Assembly: GCA_963766715.1 (NCBI GenBank)
Contig: CAVYBH010000010.1
Coordinates: 32,001 to 96,000 of the forward strand
Direction of reading: 5' to 3'
Length of the DNA stretch: 64,000 nucleotides
Source: an uncultured delta proteobacterium
GTDB taxonomy: Bacteria; Myxococcota; Myxococcia; Myxococcales; Anaeromyxobacteraceae
The position numbers and the translations under genes were made by a program. The notes under the pieces are model-generated. The model made no database searches. It saw only the letters and a program-made list of their open reading frames with translations, and was not told the DNA's origin. Positions 42,075 to 55,509 of this stretch are shown one piece after another; the stretch's first letter is position 1, and each line of letters begins with the position of its first letter.

Positions 42075-42938
42075 GTGGGGAGCCTCGTGGATGGCTGGGT
42101 GAGGTCTCTCGGAGATCTGCCAGAGACGGAGGGCCGCGTCACCGTCCTGTGCGGCCCGCGCCGGCGCCTTCTCCCGGCAGTCGGAGAAGTACCGGCCGGT
42201 CACGCCCTGCAGCTCGGGCGACGTGGCGACGTGGAGGGTCGTCCGCGCCCCCTTCTCCGGCGAGGAGAGCAGTGGCGCCCCGAGGGCCACCAGCCAGCTG
42301 AAGAGGCCGCGCCCGTTCCGCCCGAAACCGGAGGCGATGACGCCCGGATGGAGGGCGTTGGCGGTCACGTCGCGGCTGCCCAGGCGCCGGGCCAGCTCCC
42401 GGGTGAAGAGGACGTTGGCGAGCTTGGACTGCTGGTAGGCCTTCCACATCGAGTAGCCCCGCTCGCCCTGCAGGTCGTCGAAGTCGATCCGGCCCCGCTC
42501 GTGGGCCACCGAGGCCACGTTGACGATCCGCGACCGGGGAGCCTGCTCGAGGAGGGGGAGCAGCTCGAGGGTCAGGTGGAAGTAGGCCAGGTGGTTGAGC
42601 GCGAAGGTCATCTCCAGGCCGTCGGCGGAGACCTCCCGCTCGGCGAAGATGGCCCCGGCGTTGTTCACGAGCAGGTCGAGGCGCGGCGTCCGCTCGCGGA
42701 CCTCCCGGGCCAGCCGGCGCACCTCCGCCTGGGAGGACAGGTCGCCGAGCAGGACGTCCGGCGCCGGAGCCCCCGTGGCGTCCCGGATCCCGGCGGCCGT
42801 GGCCTGGCCCCGGGCCCGGTCGCGGGCGACGATGAGGACCCTGGCGCCCCTCCGGGCCAGCTCCTGGGCCGTGACCCGCCCGATGCCGTTCGTCGCGCCC
42901 GTGACCAGGGCGATCCTGCCTTCCAGGCTGCTCACCAT
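42071..42938 (-). CDS. short-chain dehydrogenase/reductase (retinol dehydrogenase-like)
   Basis: TGATNGIG, NNAG, IVNVAS, YQQSK, LHPG. Apparent fusion to the peptidase is due to a frameshift near 42105. Confidence 0.9.
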
Positions 42939-43027
42939 CGAACCTCCGTTCCGCCCTCGACCGGACCCTCCCCCTAATCGCTCTCCGAGGGGGCAGCACG
43001 GCCGACGCCGGGGGTTAAGATAGGTGA

Positions 43028-43352
43028 ATGTCCGAGAGGGGCCGCCCGGGGGGCGACAGCGAAACCGTCACCCGGACACGGTCGGAATCCCAAGACCCGT
43101 GTCCCCCCCCTGTACAAGGTGCTGTTGCACAACGACGACTACACGACCATGGAATTCGTCGTGCAAGTGCTCGAGGAGGTCTTCGGCCACCCGTCGCCGG
43201 TGGCCGCGCGGATCATGCTGTCCATCCATCACCGCGGCGTCGGCGTGGCGGGGGTCTTCCCCTACGAGATCGCCGAGACCAAGGCGAACAAGGTGATGGA
43301 TCTGGCCCGCGCCGCCGAATATCCCCTTCTCTGTACGGTCGAGCCCGAGTAG
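43028..43352 (+). CDS. clpS: ATP-dependent Clp protease adaptor ClpS (frameshift near 43090)
   Basis: YKVLLHNDDYTTMEFVV, EIAETK, YPLLCTVEPE. Confidence 0.93.
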
Positions 43353-43378
43353 CAGGAGAATCACCCGAGTAGCAGGAG
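43344..43378 (+). repeat. 15-bp direct repeat CCCGAGTAGCAGGAG duplicating the clpS stop and an SD-like GGAG
   Basis: Copies at 43344-43358 and 43364-43378. Confidence 0.8.
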
Positions 43379-43383
43379 CGTCG

Positions 43384-45657
<2,274 letters not shown>

Positions 45658-45685
45658 GCGCCCCCGGAGCGCCGGGCGTCGACGC

Positions 45686-48277
45686 GTGGTAGAAGGCGCC
45701 GTGCGCCCGCTCCCGGTCGACGCCATCCTGCCGGACGTCGTCTCGGCGCTTCGCCGCGGCCGATCGCTCGTCGTCGAGGCGCCTCCGGGCGCCGGCAAGA
45801 CCACCCGCATCCCCCCTGCCCTGCTCGCGGCCGGCCTGGCCGGACGGGGCGAGGTCGTGGTCCTCGAGCCCCGGCGGCTGGCGGCGCGGATGGCCGCGCG
45901 ACGGGTGGCCGAGGAGCTGGGGGAACGGCCGGGCCAGACGGTGGGCTGGCAGGTCCGCTTCGAGGAGGTCTCCGGACCGGACACGCGCCTGCGCTACGTC
46001 ACCGAGGGGCTCCTCACCCGGCGGCTCGTCGCCGACCCCGGCCTCCCCGGCGTGGGCGCGGTGGTGCTCGACGAGTTCCACGAGCGACACCTCCAGGGAG
46101 ACCTGGCGCTCGCGCTCCTGCGCCGCCTCCAGGAGGGCTCGCGCCCCGACCTGAAGCTCGTCGTCATGTCCGCGACCCTCGACGCGGGGCCGGTGGCCCG
46201 CTACCTCGGCGCGCCCTCGCTGCGATCGGAGGGGCGCCTGTTCGAGATCGCCGTCGAGTACCTGTCGCCTGCCGACGCGGCGAAGGACGAGCGGCTCGAG
46301 GACCGGGTGGCCTCGGCCGTCCGGCGGCTCGTCGGCGAGGCTCCGGACGGGGACGTCCTCGTCTTCCTCCCGGGCATGGCGGAGATCCGGCGCGCCGCGC
46401 AGGCGTGCGCCCCGCTGGCCGCCCGGACCGGGCTCGACGTCCTTCCCCTGCACGGGGATCTCTCCCCGGAGGAGCAGGACCGCGCGGTGCGTCCCGGCCC
46501 GCGGCGCAAGGTCATCCTCTCCACCAACGTCGCCGAGACCTCGGTCACCATCGAGGGAGTGACCGCCGTCGTGGACTCGGGCCTGGCCCGCGTCGCCTCC
46601 CACTCCCCGTGGTCCGGGCTGCCGCGCCTCGAGGTGCGCCGGGTATCCAGGGCGTCGGCCACCCAGCGGGCCGGGCGCGCGGGGCGGACCGCGCCGGGGC
46701 GCTGCCTCCGGCTCTACACCCGCCACGACTTCGACACCCGGCCGGAGTTCGACCTGCCGGAGATCCTGCGCGAGGACCTCTCCGAGACCCTCCTCTCCGT
46801 GGCCTCGCTGGGGCTCGGCGGCCTCGAGTGGCTCGACCCGCCCCCGGCCGCCGCCGCGGAGGCCGCCACCACCCTGCTGCGCGCCCTCGGCGCGCTGGCC
46901 CCGGACGGCGCCATCTCGCCGCTCGGCCGGCGCCTGCTCCGCTTTCCGCTCCATCCCCGCCTGGCGAGGCTGGTGGTGGAGGCCGACCAGCGAGGCGCGG
47001 GCTCGGCGGGCGCGCTCCTCGCCGCCCTGCTCGCCGAGCGGGACATCCGGGAGCGGGCGCCCGACCGGGGCCGGGGCACGCCTCCCACCGGTCCGTCGGA
47101 CCTGCTCGAGCTGGCGCACCTCTTCGAGGAGGCGTCGCGCGCCCGGTTCGATCCGGGCCGCGTCCGCTCGGCCGGTCTCTCCCCCGGGGCGCTCCAGGCC
47201 GTCGATCGGAGCCAGCGGCAGATGGCCCAGCTCCTGGGGCGGGGACGGGCCCGGACGGCCGCCGAGACCTCGGAGGACGCGCTCCTCCTGGCCACGCTCG
47301 CCGCCTACCCCGACCGCGTGGCGCGCCGCCGGGCAGCGGGGAGCGCGGAGGTGGTCCTCGCGGGCGGCGGCTCCGCCAGGCTGGACGAGGCGAGCGTGGT
47401 CCGCGACGCCCCCTTCCTCGTGGCCGTCGACGCCGACGAGCGGCGGGATCGGCGCGTTCCCGGAGCGGGCCCTGCCCCGGGCCGCGGGGGCGGTGCGCTC
47501 GTCCGCGTCGCGTCGGTGGTCACGCCCGAGATGCTCCTCGAGCTCTTCCCGGACGAGCTTCGGTGGGAGGAGGAGCTCTCCTGGAACGCCGAGGCCGAGC
47601 GGGTCGACGCCTTCGAGCGGATGCGCTACCGGGACCTCGTCCTCGAGGAGTCGCGCGTTCCGGTCCCGGACGCCGGGCGCGCGGCCGCGGTCCTGGCCGA
47701 GGCGGCCCTGGCCCGGGGGGCGCGCAGCTTCGGCGAGGAGGGCGAGATCAATCGCCTGCTGGCGCGCATCGCCTTCGCGTCCCGCGCGGCGCCGGAGAGC
47801 GGCATCGCCGCGCCCGGGGAGGAGGACGTGTCGGCCGCGCTGCGGGAGGCCTGCGAGGGTCGCCGCAGCTTCGCGGAGCTGCGGGAGGCGGGAATCGGAC
47901 AGGCGCTGCTCGGGCGGCTTCCCCCGGACCGGCGGGCGCTCCTGGAGCGGCTCGCCCCGGAACGGATCACGCTGGCGGGCGGCCGGGGCCTTCGGGTGAA
48001 CTACGAGGCCGGGGACAAGCCCCCCTGGGTCGAGAGCCGGCTCCAGGACTTCTTCGGCTCGCTCCGCGGGCCGGCGGTGGGGGCGGGGCGCGTGCCGCTC
48101 GTCCTCCACCTGCTCGCGCCCAACATGCGCGCCGTGCAGGTGACGACCGACCTGGCCGGGTTCTGGGAGCGCCACTACCCGGCCCTCCGGCGAGAGCTGA
48201 TGCGCCGCTACCCGCGCCACGCCTGGCCGGAGGATCCGCGGACCGCCGTGCCGCCGGAACCTCGCGGTCGCCGCTGA
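45686..48277 (+). CDS. hrpB: ATP-dependent helicase HrpB
   Basis: GAGKTT, DEFHER, SAT, TNVAETS, QRAGRAGR, RLQDFFG, DLAGFW..YP..R.ELMRRYPRHAWP. Confidence 0.94.
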   Translation: MVEGAVRPLPVDAILPDVVSALRRGRSLVVEAPPGAGKTTRIPPALLAAGLAGRGEVVVLEPRRLAARMAARRVAEELGERPGQTVGWQVRFEEVSGPDTRLRYVTEGLLTRRLVADPGLPGVGAVVLDEFHERHLQGDLALALLRRLQEGSRPDLKLVVMSATLDAGPVARYLGAPSLRSEGRLFEIAVEYLSPADAAKDERLEDRVASAVRRLVGEAPDGDVLVFLPGMAEIRRAAQACAPLAARTGLDVLPLHGDLSPEEQDRAVRPGPRRKVILSTNVAETSVTIEGVTAVVDSGLARVASHSPWSGLPRLEVRRVSRASATQRAGRAGRTAPGRCLRLYTRHDFDTRPEFDLPEILREDLSETLLSVASLGLGGLEWLDPPPAAAAEAATTLLRALGALAPDGAISPLGRRLLRFPLHPRLARLVVEADQRGAGSAGALLAALLAERDIRERAPDRGRGTPPTGPSDLLELAHLFEEASRARFDPGRVRSAGLSPGALQAVDRSQRQMAQLLGRGRARTAAETSEDALLLATLAAYPDRVARRRAAGSAEVVLAGGGSARLDEASVVRDAPFLVAVDADERRDRRVPGAGPAPGRGGGALVRVASVVTPEMLLELFPDELRWEEELSWNAEAERVDAFERMRYRDLVLEESRVPVPDAGRAAAVLAEAALARGARSFGEEGEINRLLARIAFASRAAPESGIAAPGEEDVSAALREACEGRRSFAELREAGIGQALLGRLPPDRRALLERLAPERITLAGGRGLRVNYEAGDKPPWVESRLQDFFGSLRGPAVGAGRVPLVLHLLAPNMRAVQVTTDLAGFWERHYPALRRELMRRYPRHAWPEDPRTAVPPEPRGRR

Positions 48278-48298
48278 CCGGGCCTCCCCGGTGCGCTG

Positions 48299-48964
48299 CT
48301 AACCGGCCAGCGCCCGCACCGCGCCCGCCGCCACCGCGTAGTGGAGACCGGCGGCGGCGATGACGAGCGCGTGGAACACCTCGTGGTACCCGAAGACGCG
48401 CGGGAACGGGTCGGGGCGGCGGGTGGCGTAGATGACCGCACCCACGCTGTAGAGGACGCCGCCGGCGGCGAGGAGCGCGAGCGACACCCCGCCGAGCGCG
48501 CGGTACATGGCCGGGACGAGCGGCACCACGGCCCAGCCGAGGAGCAGGTACAGCGCGGTGGCCACGATCCGCGGCGCCTTCGGCCAGACGAGCGCGCGAA
48601 GGACCCCCAGCCCGGCGCCCACCCACACCACCGCCAGCATCGTCCGCGCGCGGGCGTCGCCGAGGAGGAGGCACAGCGGCGTGAAGGTCCCGGCGATGAG
48701 CAGGAAGATGGCGGAGTGATCGAGCCGGCGCATCCACAGCCGCGCCCGGGGGCTCCAGGTGGGACGGTGGTAGAGGGCGCTCACCGAGAAGAGCGCCACC
48801 AGGCTGAGCCCGTAGACGAGCGCGCCCACCCGGGCCCGGGGTCCGGGCGCGAGGAGGACGAGCGCCACCAGGCCGGCCAGCGCGACGCCGGCGGCGATCT
48901 CGTGGGACACGCCGCGCAGGAGCGGCTTCGGGCGGGGCGGCGGCGGGGAAGCGGGATGGGCCAT
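48299..48964 (-). CDS. hemolysin III / PAQR family membrane protein
   Basis: SALYH, DHSAIFLLIAGT.TP, HEVFH. Confidence 0.92.
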   Translation of the reverse strand: MAHPASPPPPRPKPLLRGVSHEIAAGVALAGLVALVLLAPGPRARVGALVYGLSLVALFSVSALYHRPTWSPRARLWMRRLDHSAIFLLIAGTFTPLCLLLGDARARTMLAVVWVGAGLGVLRALVWPKAPRIVATALYLLLGWAVVPLVPAMYRALGGVSLALLAAGGVLYSVGAVIYATRRPDPFPRVFGYHEVFHALVIAAAGLHYAVAAGAVRALAG

Positions 48965-49012
48965 CGCAGGTGAACCTAGTCACGCCGCGTCACCCGCGTG
49001 TCACGGGCCCGC

Positions 49013-49531
49013 CTATTTCGCGGGGAGCTTGAGTCCCATGCCGATCATGGCGAGCAGGGCCTCGGCGTTGGCCTTGGCGTCGTTCACCGGATCGTGGTCC
49101 GAGACGGTCTTCCGGAGGTGCTTCCAGGTGGCGTAGCCGTCCTTGACCATCCCGCAGTAGAGGTCGCCGATGCGGCGCCCCGACCAGCCGAAGGGGTTGC
49201 GGCCCAGGAAGGTGTGGAAGTACCAGTTCACGTACTGCCAGTCGAAGGCCAGGTTGTCGGAGGCGAACACCGGCTTCCCCTTCGAGTTCTCGATCACCCA
49301 GGCCTCGAAGCGCTCCATCACCTCGCGGGGATCGTCGAAGGCCTCGTGCTCCGGCCGCCCGAAGCCGCTCACCGCGAGCGCCTCGGGGAGCCACTCCCTC
49401 GAGATGGGGCGCGTCCGCCCGTAGAAGGTCCGGGAGAGCGTGGGCTCCACGACCACCGCGCCCAGGCACACCATGGAGTACTTGCCCGGGATGGGCCCGT
49501 CGGCCTCGACGTCGACGACGATGAGGGACAT
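49013..49531 (-). CDS. DEDDh 3'-5' exonuclease
   Basis: VVDVEADG, NLAFD, HDPVND. Confidence 0.85.
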   Translation of the reverse strand: MSLIVVDVEADGPIPGKYSMVCLGAVVVEPTLSRTFYGRTRPISREWLPEALAVSGFGRPEHEAFDDPREVMERFEAWVIENSKGKPVFASDNLAFDWQYVNWYFHTFLGRNPFGWSGRRIGDLYCGMVKDGYATWKHLRKTVSDHDPVNDAKANAEALLAMIGMGLKLPAK

Positions 49532-49558
49532 GTCAGCGTTCCAGCCCGGGCACGGCGG

Positions 49559-50983
49559 CTAGCCTCCCACGGCGTGGGCCGCGTCCTGCAGCTCGAGCCA
49601 GAGCGCCTCCAGGTGGCGCCGCTCGGTCGCCTCGGCGCCCACCGAGACCCGGAGCGTCTGCTGCCCCTTCAGCACGCTGGGCGTCAGGTAGGCCCGCCCT
49701 CCGTCATTCACCTTCCGTGCAATGGCCAGGTTGTGGGCCGCGAGGTGCGCCTCGTCGGTCACCCCGTGCGGGACGTGACGGAGGGTGACCGTCTGGAGCG
49801 GGACCGGGGCCAGCCGCTCCCACCCCGCCGCCTCGTCGATGCGGTCGGCCAGCCAGTGGGCGTTCCCCACGTCGCGCCGGATGCGGGCCCGCAGGCCGTC
49901 GACGCCGACGTCGAGCAGGAAGAACCAGAGCTTGAGGGCGCGGAAGCGGCGTCCCAGCGGGATCCCCCAGTCCCGGAAGTTCTTCACCTCGGCGTCGTGG
50001 GCGGTGCGCAGGTAGCTCGGGTTCGTCGACATCACCCGGACCAGGTGCTGCGGGTCGCGGATGAAGTACGCCGAGAGGTCGAACCCGGTGCCCATCCACT
50101 TGTGCGGATTGAAGACCAGCGAGTCGACCTCCTCCACCCCGCGCCACATCCAGCGGTACTCGGGCTCGACCATGGCGGTGCCGGCCAGCGCGGCGTCGAG
50201 GTGCAGCCACAGGCCGTGCCGCTTGGCCACCCCGGCGATCCCGGCGACCGGATCGAGGGCGGTGGTCCCGGTGGTCCCGGTGGTGGCGACCACCGCACAG
50301 GGGCGCAGGCCGCTCGCCCGGTCGGCCTCGATGGCCTCGGCCAGCGCGTCGATCCGCATGGCGTGCGCCCGGTCGGTGGCCACGAGCCGGAGGTGGCGCT
50401 TGCCGAAGCCGGCCAGGAGCGCGTCCTTCTCGATGGAGCTGTGGGCCTGGTCGGAGGCGTAGACCACCATGGGGGCCTCGCCGCCCTGCAGCCCCGGCCC
50501 GTTCTGCGAGAAGCCGCTCGTCCGCTCGCGGGCGCAGAGCAGCGCGGTCAGCGTGGAGGTGGACGCGGTGTCCTGGATCACGCCGGTGAAGGTCGAGGGC
50601 AGCCCGACCATCTGGCGGAGCCAGTCCATCACCACCTCCTCCACCTCGGTGGCCGCCGGCGACGTCTGCCAGCTCATCCCCTGGACCCCCAGCCCGGCGC
50701 AGACGAGGTCGGCGAGCACGGAGGCGTAGCTGGTGTTGGTGGGGAAGTAGGCGAAGAAGGACGGGTGATTCCAGTGGGTGATGCCCGGGAGCACGAGCTC
50801 GTCGAGCGCGGCCAGGGCCTCGGGCAGCTTCCCCCCGGCGGCGGGCGGCTCGGAGGGGAAGCGCGCGCGGATCTCGCCGGGCCTGACCCGGCTCATCACC
50901 GGGAACGACTCGAGCCGATCGCGGTAGTCGGCGATCCAGTCCACCAGCTGGTGACCCAGCTTCCGGAAGTCGTCGGAGTCCAT
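49559..50983 (-). CDS. PLP-dependent aromatic-L-amino-acid decarboxylase (group II)
   Basis: PGITHWNHP.FFAYFP, SPAATEVE, AHSSIEK, HLDAA.AG, FNPHKW, LGRRFRALKLW. Confidence 0.92.
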   Translation of the reverse strand: MDSDDFRKLGHQLVDWIADYRDRLESFPVMSRVRPGEIRARFPSEPPAAGGKLPEALAALDELVLPGITHWNHPSFFAYFPTNTSYASVLADLVCAGLGVQGMSWQTSPAATEVEEVVMDWLRQMVGLPSTFTGVIQDTASTSTLTALLCARERTSGFSQNGPGLQGGEAPMVVYASDQAHSSIEKDALLAGFGKRHLRLVATDRAHAMRIDALAEAIEADRASGLRPCAVVATTGTTGTTALDPVAGIAGVAKRHGLWLHLDAALAGTAMVEPEYRWMWRGVEEVDSLVFNPHKWMGTGFDLSAYFIRDPQHLVRVMSTNPSYLRTAHDAEVKNFRDWGIPLGRRFRALKLWFFLLDVGVDGLRARIRRDVGNAHWLADRIDEAAGWERLAPVPLQTVTLRHVPHGVTDEAHLAAHNLAIARKVNDGGRAYLTPSVLKGQQTLRVSVGAEATERRHLEALWLELQDAAHAVGG

Positions 50984-51025
50984 GCGGTGGGGATACCACC
51001 TTCCCCCTCGACCGCGAAAGCGCGC

Positions 51026-52279
51026 TCAGACGTCGAGCATCAGCCGGCTGGGCTCCTCGATGAGCTCCTTCACCTTGACGAGGAAGCCGACCGCCTCCCG
51101 CCCGTCGATGATCCGGTGGTCGTAGGAGAGCGCGAGGTACATCATCGGGCGCACCACCACCGTGTCGTCCGGGCCCACCACCGGCTTCTTCTGGATCTTG
51201 TGGAGACCGAGGATCCCGCTCTGCGGCGTGTTGAGGATCGGGGTGGACAGCATGGACCCGTAGATCCCGCCGTTGGAGATGGTGAAGGTCCCGCCGGACA
51301 GGTCCTCCATGGTGATGCGGTTCTCCCGCGCCCGCTTCGCCAGCTCGGCGATGGAGAGCTCGATCTGGGCGAGCGAGAGCTGGTCGGCGTCCCGGATGAC
51401 CGGCACCACCAGCCCCTTGCCGCCGCCCACGGCGACGCCCACGTCGTAGTGATCCTTGAAGAGGACCGCGTCCCCGCGCACCTCGGCGTTGACCGATGGG
51501 AACGCGGCCAGCGCCTCCACCGCGGCCTTCACGAAGAAGCCCATGAAGCCCAGCTTGATCCCGTGCTTCTCGTGGAAGGCCTGGCCGTAGCGTTCGCGGA
51601 GCTCCATCACCCGCGACATGTCCACCTCGTTGAAGGTGGTGAGGATGGCGGCGCTCTCCTGGGCCTCGAGCAGGCGCCGGGCGACGGTGCGGCGGAGCGG
51701 CGACATGGGGACGAGCCGCTCGCGGGGGCCGGGAGGCGGGAGAGTCCGCCGGCGCCAGCGTGGCCTTGCCCGCGGCGCCGTCGAGGAGCCGGAGGAGGTC
51801 CCCCTTCCCGAGGCCGTGCTCGGCGAGAAGCTTTCGCGCGGCGGGCGTGAGACGGACGTCGCCTCCACCCTCCGTGCGGGCCTCGGTCGCCCGCGCCAGC
51901 GGGGGCGCGGCGGCAGCCCTCGGCGCGGGGGGCGGCGGGGCCGGGGGCTTCGGAGGGGCCGAGGCGGCCGGTGCAGGCGGGGCGGGCGGCGGGGCGGCGG
52001 CGGGCGGGCGGCGGGCCCGGCAGCGCCGGTCGCCGCGACCGCACCGGCCTCGATCTCGCCCAGGGCCTGGCCCACGGCGACCGTGGCGCCGGTCTGGACC
52101 AGCACCTTCCGGAGCACGCCAGCGGCGGGCGCCGGCACGGCGACGGTGGCCTTCTCGCTCTCGACCTCGACCACCGGCTCGTCGAGCGCGACGGCCTCGC
52201 CTTCCTTCTTCAGCCACTGTCCGACCTGCGCCTGCGTGACGCTCTCGCCCAGCGACGGGACCTTCAGCTCGACGGCCAT
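51026..52279 (-). CDS. sucB: 2-oxoglutarate dehydrogenase E2, dihydrolipoamide succinyltransferase (compensated frameshifts in linker)
   Basis: GESVT, ESEKA lipoyl motif, [27 protein letters not shown]. Confidence 0.94.
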   Translation of the reverse strand: MAVELKVPSLGESVTQAQVGQWLKKEGEAVALDEPVVEVESEKATVAVPAPAAGVLRKVLVQTGATVAVGQALGEIEAGAVAATGAAGPAARPPPPRRPPRLHRPPRPLRSPRPRRPPRRGLPPRPRWRGRPRPARRVEATSVSRPPRESFSPSTASGRGTSSGSSTAPRARPRWRRRTLPPPGPRERLVPMSPLRRTVARRLLEAQESAAILTTFNEVDMSRVMELRERYGQAFHEKHGIKLGFMGFFVKAAVEALAAFPSVNAEVRGDAVLFKDHYDVGVAVGGGKGLVVPVIRDADQLSLAQIELSIAELAKRARENRITMEDLSGGTFTISNGGIYGSMLSTPILNTPQSGILGLHKIQKKPVVGPDDTVVVRPMMYLALSYDHRIIDGREAVGFLVKVKELIEEPSRLMLDV

Positions 52280-52306
52280 GGGTTCACATCCCTCCCGGAA
52301 ATCGGA

Positions 52307-55073
52307 TCATCCCAGCGCTTCCTCGACGAGAGCCTGCTGGACGAGCTTGTGGCGGGTGGCCGACCCGGACGCGGGGCTGGGGCTGGCCGGGCGCGCGATC
52401 ACCGACGTGCGCGCGTCGAAGCCCCGGACCGCCTGGCCGAGGGCGTCGCGGATGTACGGCCAGGCGCCCATGTTGCGAGGCTCCTCCTGGACCCACACCA
52501 CGTCGGCGGTGGCCGGATACGGCGCCAGCGCCTCCTGCAGCTCGGCGGTGCGGAGCGGGTAGAGCTGCTCGACGCGCACGAGCGCCACGTCCTGCTTCTT
52601 CCGCGAGGCCCGGCCCTCGGCGAGGTCGTAGTAGACCTTGCCCGAGCAGAGCACCACGCGGCGGACCGCGGCCGGATCGGGCAGCGTGACGTCGGGGAGG
52701 ACGGGGTGGAACTTCCCGGCGGTGCAGCTCGGCGAGCGGCGAGACGGCCGCCGGATTGCGGAGCAGGCTCTTCGGGGACATCACCACCATCGGCTTGCGC
52801 CACGGCGCGCGCACCTGGCTCCGCAAGGCGTGGAAGATCTGCGCCGGCGTGGTGAGGTTCACCACCCGCCAGTTGTCCTCGACCGACAGCTCCAGGAAGC
52901 GCTCGAGCCGGGCGCTGGAGTGCTCCGGCCCCTGCCCCTCCATGCCGTGGGGGAGGAGGAGGACGAGCCCGGAGAGCCGGTTCCACTTCACCTCGGACGA
53001 GGAGAGGAACTGGTCGATGAGGACCTGGGCCCCGTTCACGAAGTCGCCGAACTGCGCCTCCCAGACCACCAGCGCCTCCGGCTGCTCCAGGCTGTACCCG
53101 AACTCGAACCCCAGGGCCGCCGCCTCGGAGAGCAGGCTGTCGTAGACGTACACCTTCCCCTGCCCCTCCCGCAGGTGGGCGAGCGGCATGTACGGAGCCC
53201 CGGTCTTCACGTCGGTCACCACGGCGTGGCGGTGGCTGAAGGTCCCCCGGCGGACGTCCTGCCCCACCAGGCGGACCGGGTGGGCGTCCCAGGCGATGGT
53301 CCCGTAGGCGAGCTGCTCGGCGAAGCCCCAGTCGAGCATCCGCTTCCCGCGCGCCATCTCCGCCCGTCCCTCGAAGAGCTTCACGATCTTGGGATTGGCG
53401 TCGAAGCCGGCCGGGATCTCGGAGAGGTGGCGGGCCACGTGCGCCAGCCGGTCGGCGGGGACGGCCGTCGCCACCTCGTCGGTGCTCCCGATCGGGCCGC
53501 CCCGGTACTGGCTCCACACGCCCTCGGCCACGGCGGGAGAGGGAACCGCGGCCACTGCGGCGGACGCCTGGTAGGCCTCCTCGAGCCGGGCCTGGAAGGC
53601 CCGGGTCATCCCCGCCACCTGCTCCTCGGCGACCGCACCCTCCCGCTGGAGCTCGGAGGCGTAGGCGCGCGGGAACGGGGTCTTGGCCGCGATGGCCCGG
53701 TACATGAGCGGCTGGGTGAAGGTGGGCTCGTCGCCCTCGTTGTGTCCGTACTTGCGGTAGGTCCAGACGTCGATCACGACGTCGCGGTGCCAGCGCTGGC
53801 GGAAGTCGGCGGCGAGGAGCACCGCCTGGGCCACCGCCTCGAGGTCCTCGCCGTTCACGTGGAGCACCGGGATGTCGAGCATGAGCGCCACGTCGGTGGC
53901 GTACACCGTCGACCGCGAGTCCTTGGGGGAGGTGGTGAAGCCGATCTGGTTGTTCACCACCACGTGGATCGTGCCGCCGCACCGGTAGGCCGGCAGCGCC
54001 GACATGTTGAAGGTCTCGGCCACGATCCCCTGGCCGGCGAAGGCGGCGTCGCCGTGGATGATCACCGGGATGGAGCGCTGTCCCTCGGCGTCGCTGAAGC
54101 GGTCCTGCTTGGCGCGGACCCGTCCCTGCACCACCGGATCGATCCACTCCAGGTGACTGGGGTTGAAGGCGAGCGAGAGGCGGAGCCCGCCATCCGCCGT
54201 GTCGCGGGTGCTCGAGTAGCCGAGGTGGTACTTCACGTCGCCGCCGGCGGCGCCGCTGATGATGGCCTGGTCGCGGAACTCGGCGAAGATGTCGCGCAGC
54301 GGCTTGCCGAGCACGTTGGCGAGGACGTTGAGCCGGCCGCGGTGGGCCATGCCGATGACCACGTTGCGCACGCCGTAGCCGATGGCGCGGTCGAGGAGCA
54401 GCTCGAGCAGCGGGACGAGCACCTCCGCTCCCTCGAGCGAGAAGCGCTTCGCTCCCAGGAAGCGCGTCCCCAGGAACTGCTCGAACATGCCGGCCTGGAT
54501 CAGCTTCTCGAGCAGCTTCCGCTTCACCTCCGGCGTCAGGGTGAGCCGGTTGCGGGTGCGCTCCATCCGGTGCTCGAGCCAGCCGCGGAGCTCCCGGTCC
54601 TGGATGTGCCCGAGCTGGACGCCCAGCGTGCGGCCGTAGGTCTCCTGGAGGCGCCCCACCAGCTCGCGGAGCGTGCCGGCTCCGGGGTCGCCGACCGGGC
54701 GGTCGAGGTCGGCGTCGGTCAGGCCGAACTCGGCCAGGTCGAGCCGCTCGGCGCGGCGGCGCTCGAGCCCCAGGGGATCGAGGTCGGCCATGAGGTGACC
54801 GAAGGTGCGCCAGGCGCCGACCAGGCGGTCGACCCGGAGGAGGAACGCCTCCCGATCGTCGGGGCGCGGGGCGAAGCCGTCGCGCGGCGCGCGGGCTGGC
54901 CAGGCGGAGGGTGCGGGCGCCGCGTCGGGCACCGGCGGGAGCTGCTCGAAGTAGGCGCGCCACTGCTCGTCCACCGAGGCGGGATCCTGCAGCCAGGCGA
55001 AGTACAGGTCCTCGACGAAGCCGAGGTTGGAGGCGCTCGGGGCGGCGATGGGGACGTCGCTCGGAGGGGGCAT
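52307..55073 (-). CDS. sucA: 2-oxoglutarate dehydrogenase E1 (frameshift near 52725)
   Basis: KRFSLEG, GMAHRGRLNVL, GDVKYHLG, NPSHLE, HGDAAFAGQG, EHSSARLERFL, QEEPRNMG. Confidence 0.96.
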
Positions 55074-55123
55074 GTCACGCGATCATAACCACGCGACGAA
55101 CGGCGGTCGCAGCCGGATGGGGC

Positions 55124-55504
55124 CTACCCGGGCAGGCGGGTGCCGGATGCGTGCGGAGGCCCCGAGTGCCGGCCGACCACCTGGAGCAGCTCCTCGAGGT
55201 CGAAGGGCTTCGAGAGGTAGGCGTCGGCCACGGGCAGGCTGCTCGCCCCCGGCATGGCGGCGGTCATGATGGCCACCGGGACGCCCACGGCGATTCCCTC
55301 GCCGCGCAGCCGTTCCAGGAGCTGCGGACCGTTCATGACCGGCATCACCAGGTCGAGGACCATGAGGGACGGGCGCCGGGCCTTCAGATAGGCGAGCGCC
55401 TCCTCGCCGTTCACGGCGACGTCGACGGCATATCCCTCGAATCCGAGGAAATCGGCGATTCCCTGCCGGATACCGGGATCGTCCTCTACCACCAGGATGG
55501 GCAC
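55124..55504 (-). CDS. single-domain response regulator (CheY-like)
   Basis: LVVEDD, MVLDLVMP, IMTA, SKPF. Confidence 0.9.
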   Translation of the reverse strand: MPILVVEDDPGIRQGIADFLGFEGYAVDVAVNGEEALAYLKARRPSLMVLDLVMPVMNGPQLLERLRGEGIAVGVPVAIMTAAMPGASSLPVADAYLSKPFDLEELLQVVGRHSGPPHASGTRLPG

Positions 55505-55509
55505 CCTCT

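Noticed and set aside
40929..42938. SDR-peptidase fusion
   Set aside because: A one-base shift restores an ATGA stop/start overlap, and the peptidase has its own signal peptide.
43085..43112. Programmed frameshift or phase variation in clpS at the C8 tract
   Set aside because: The frame break appears upstream of the tract (near 43090) and matches the window-wide indel noise.
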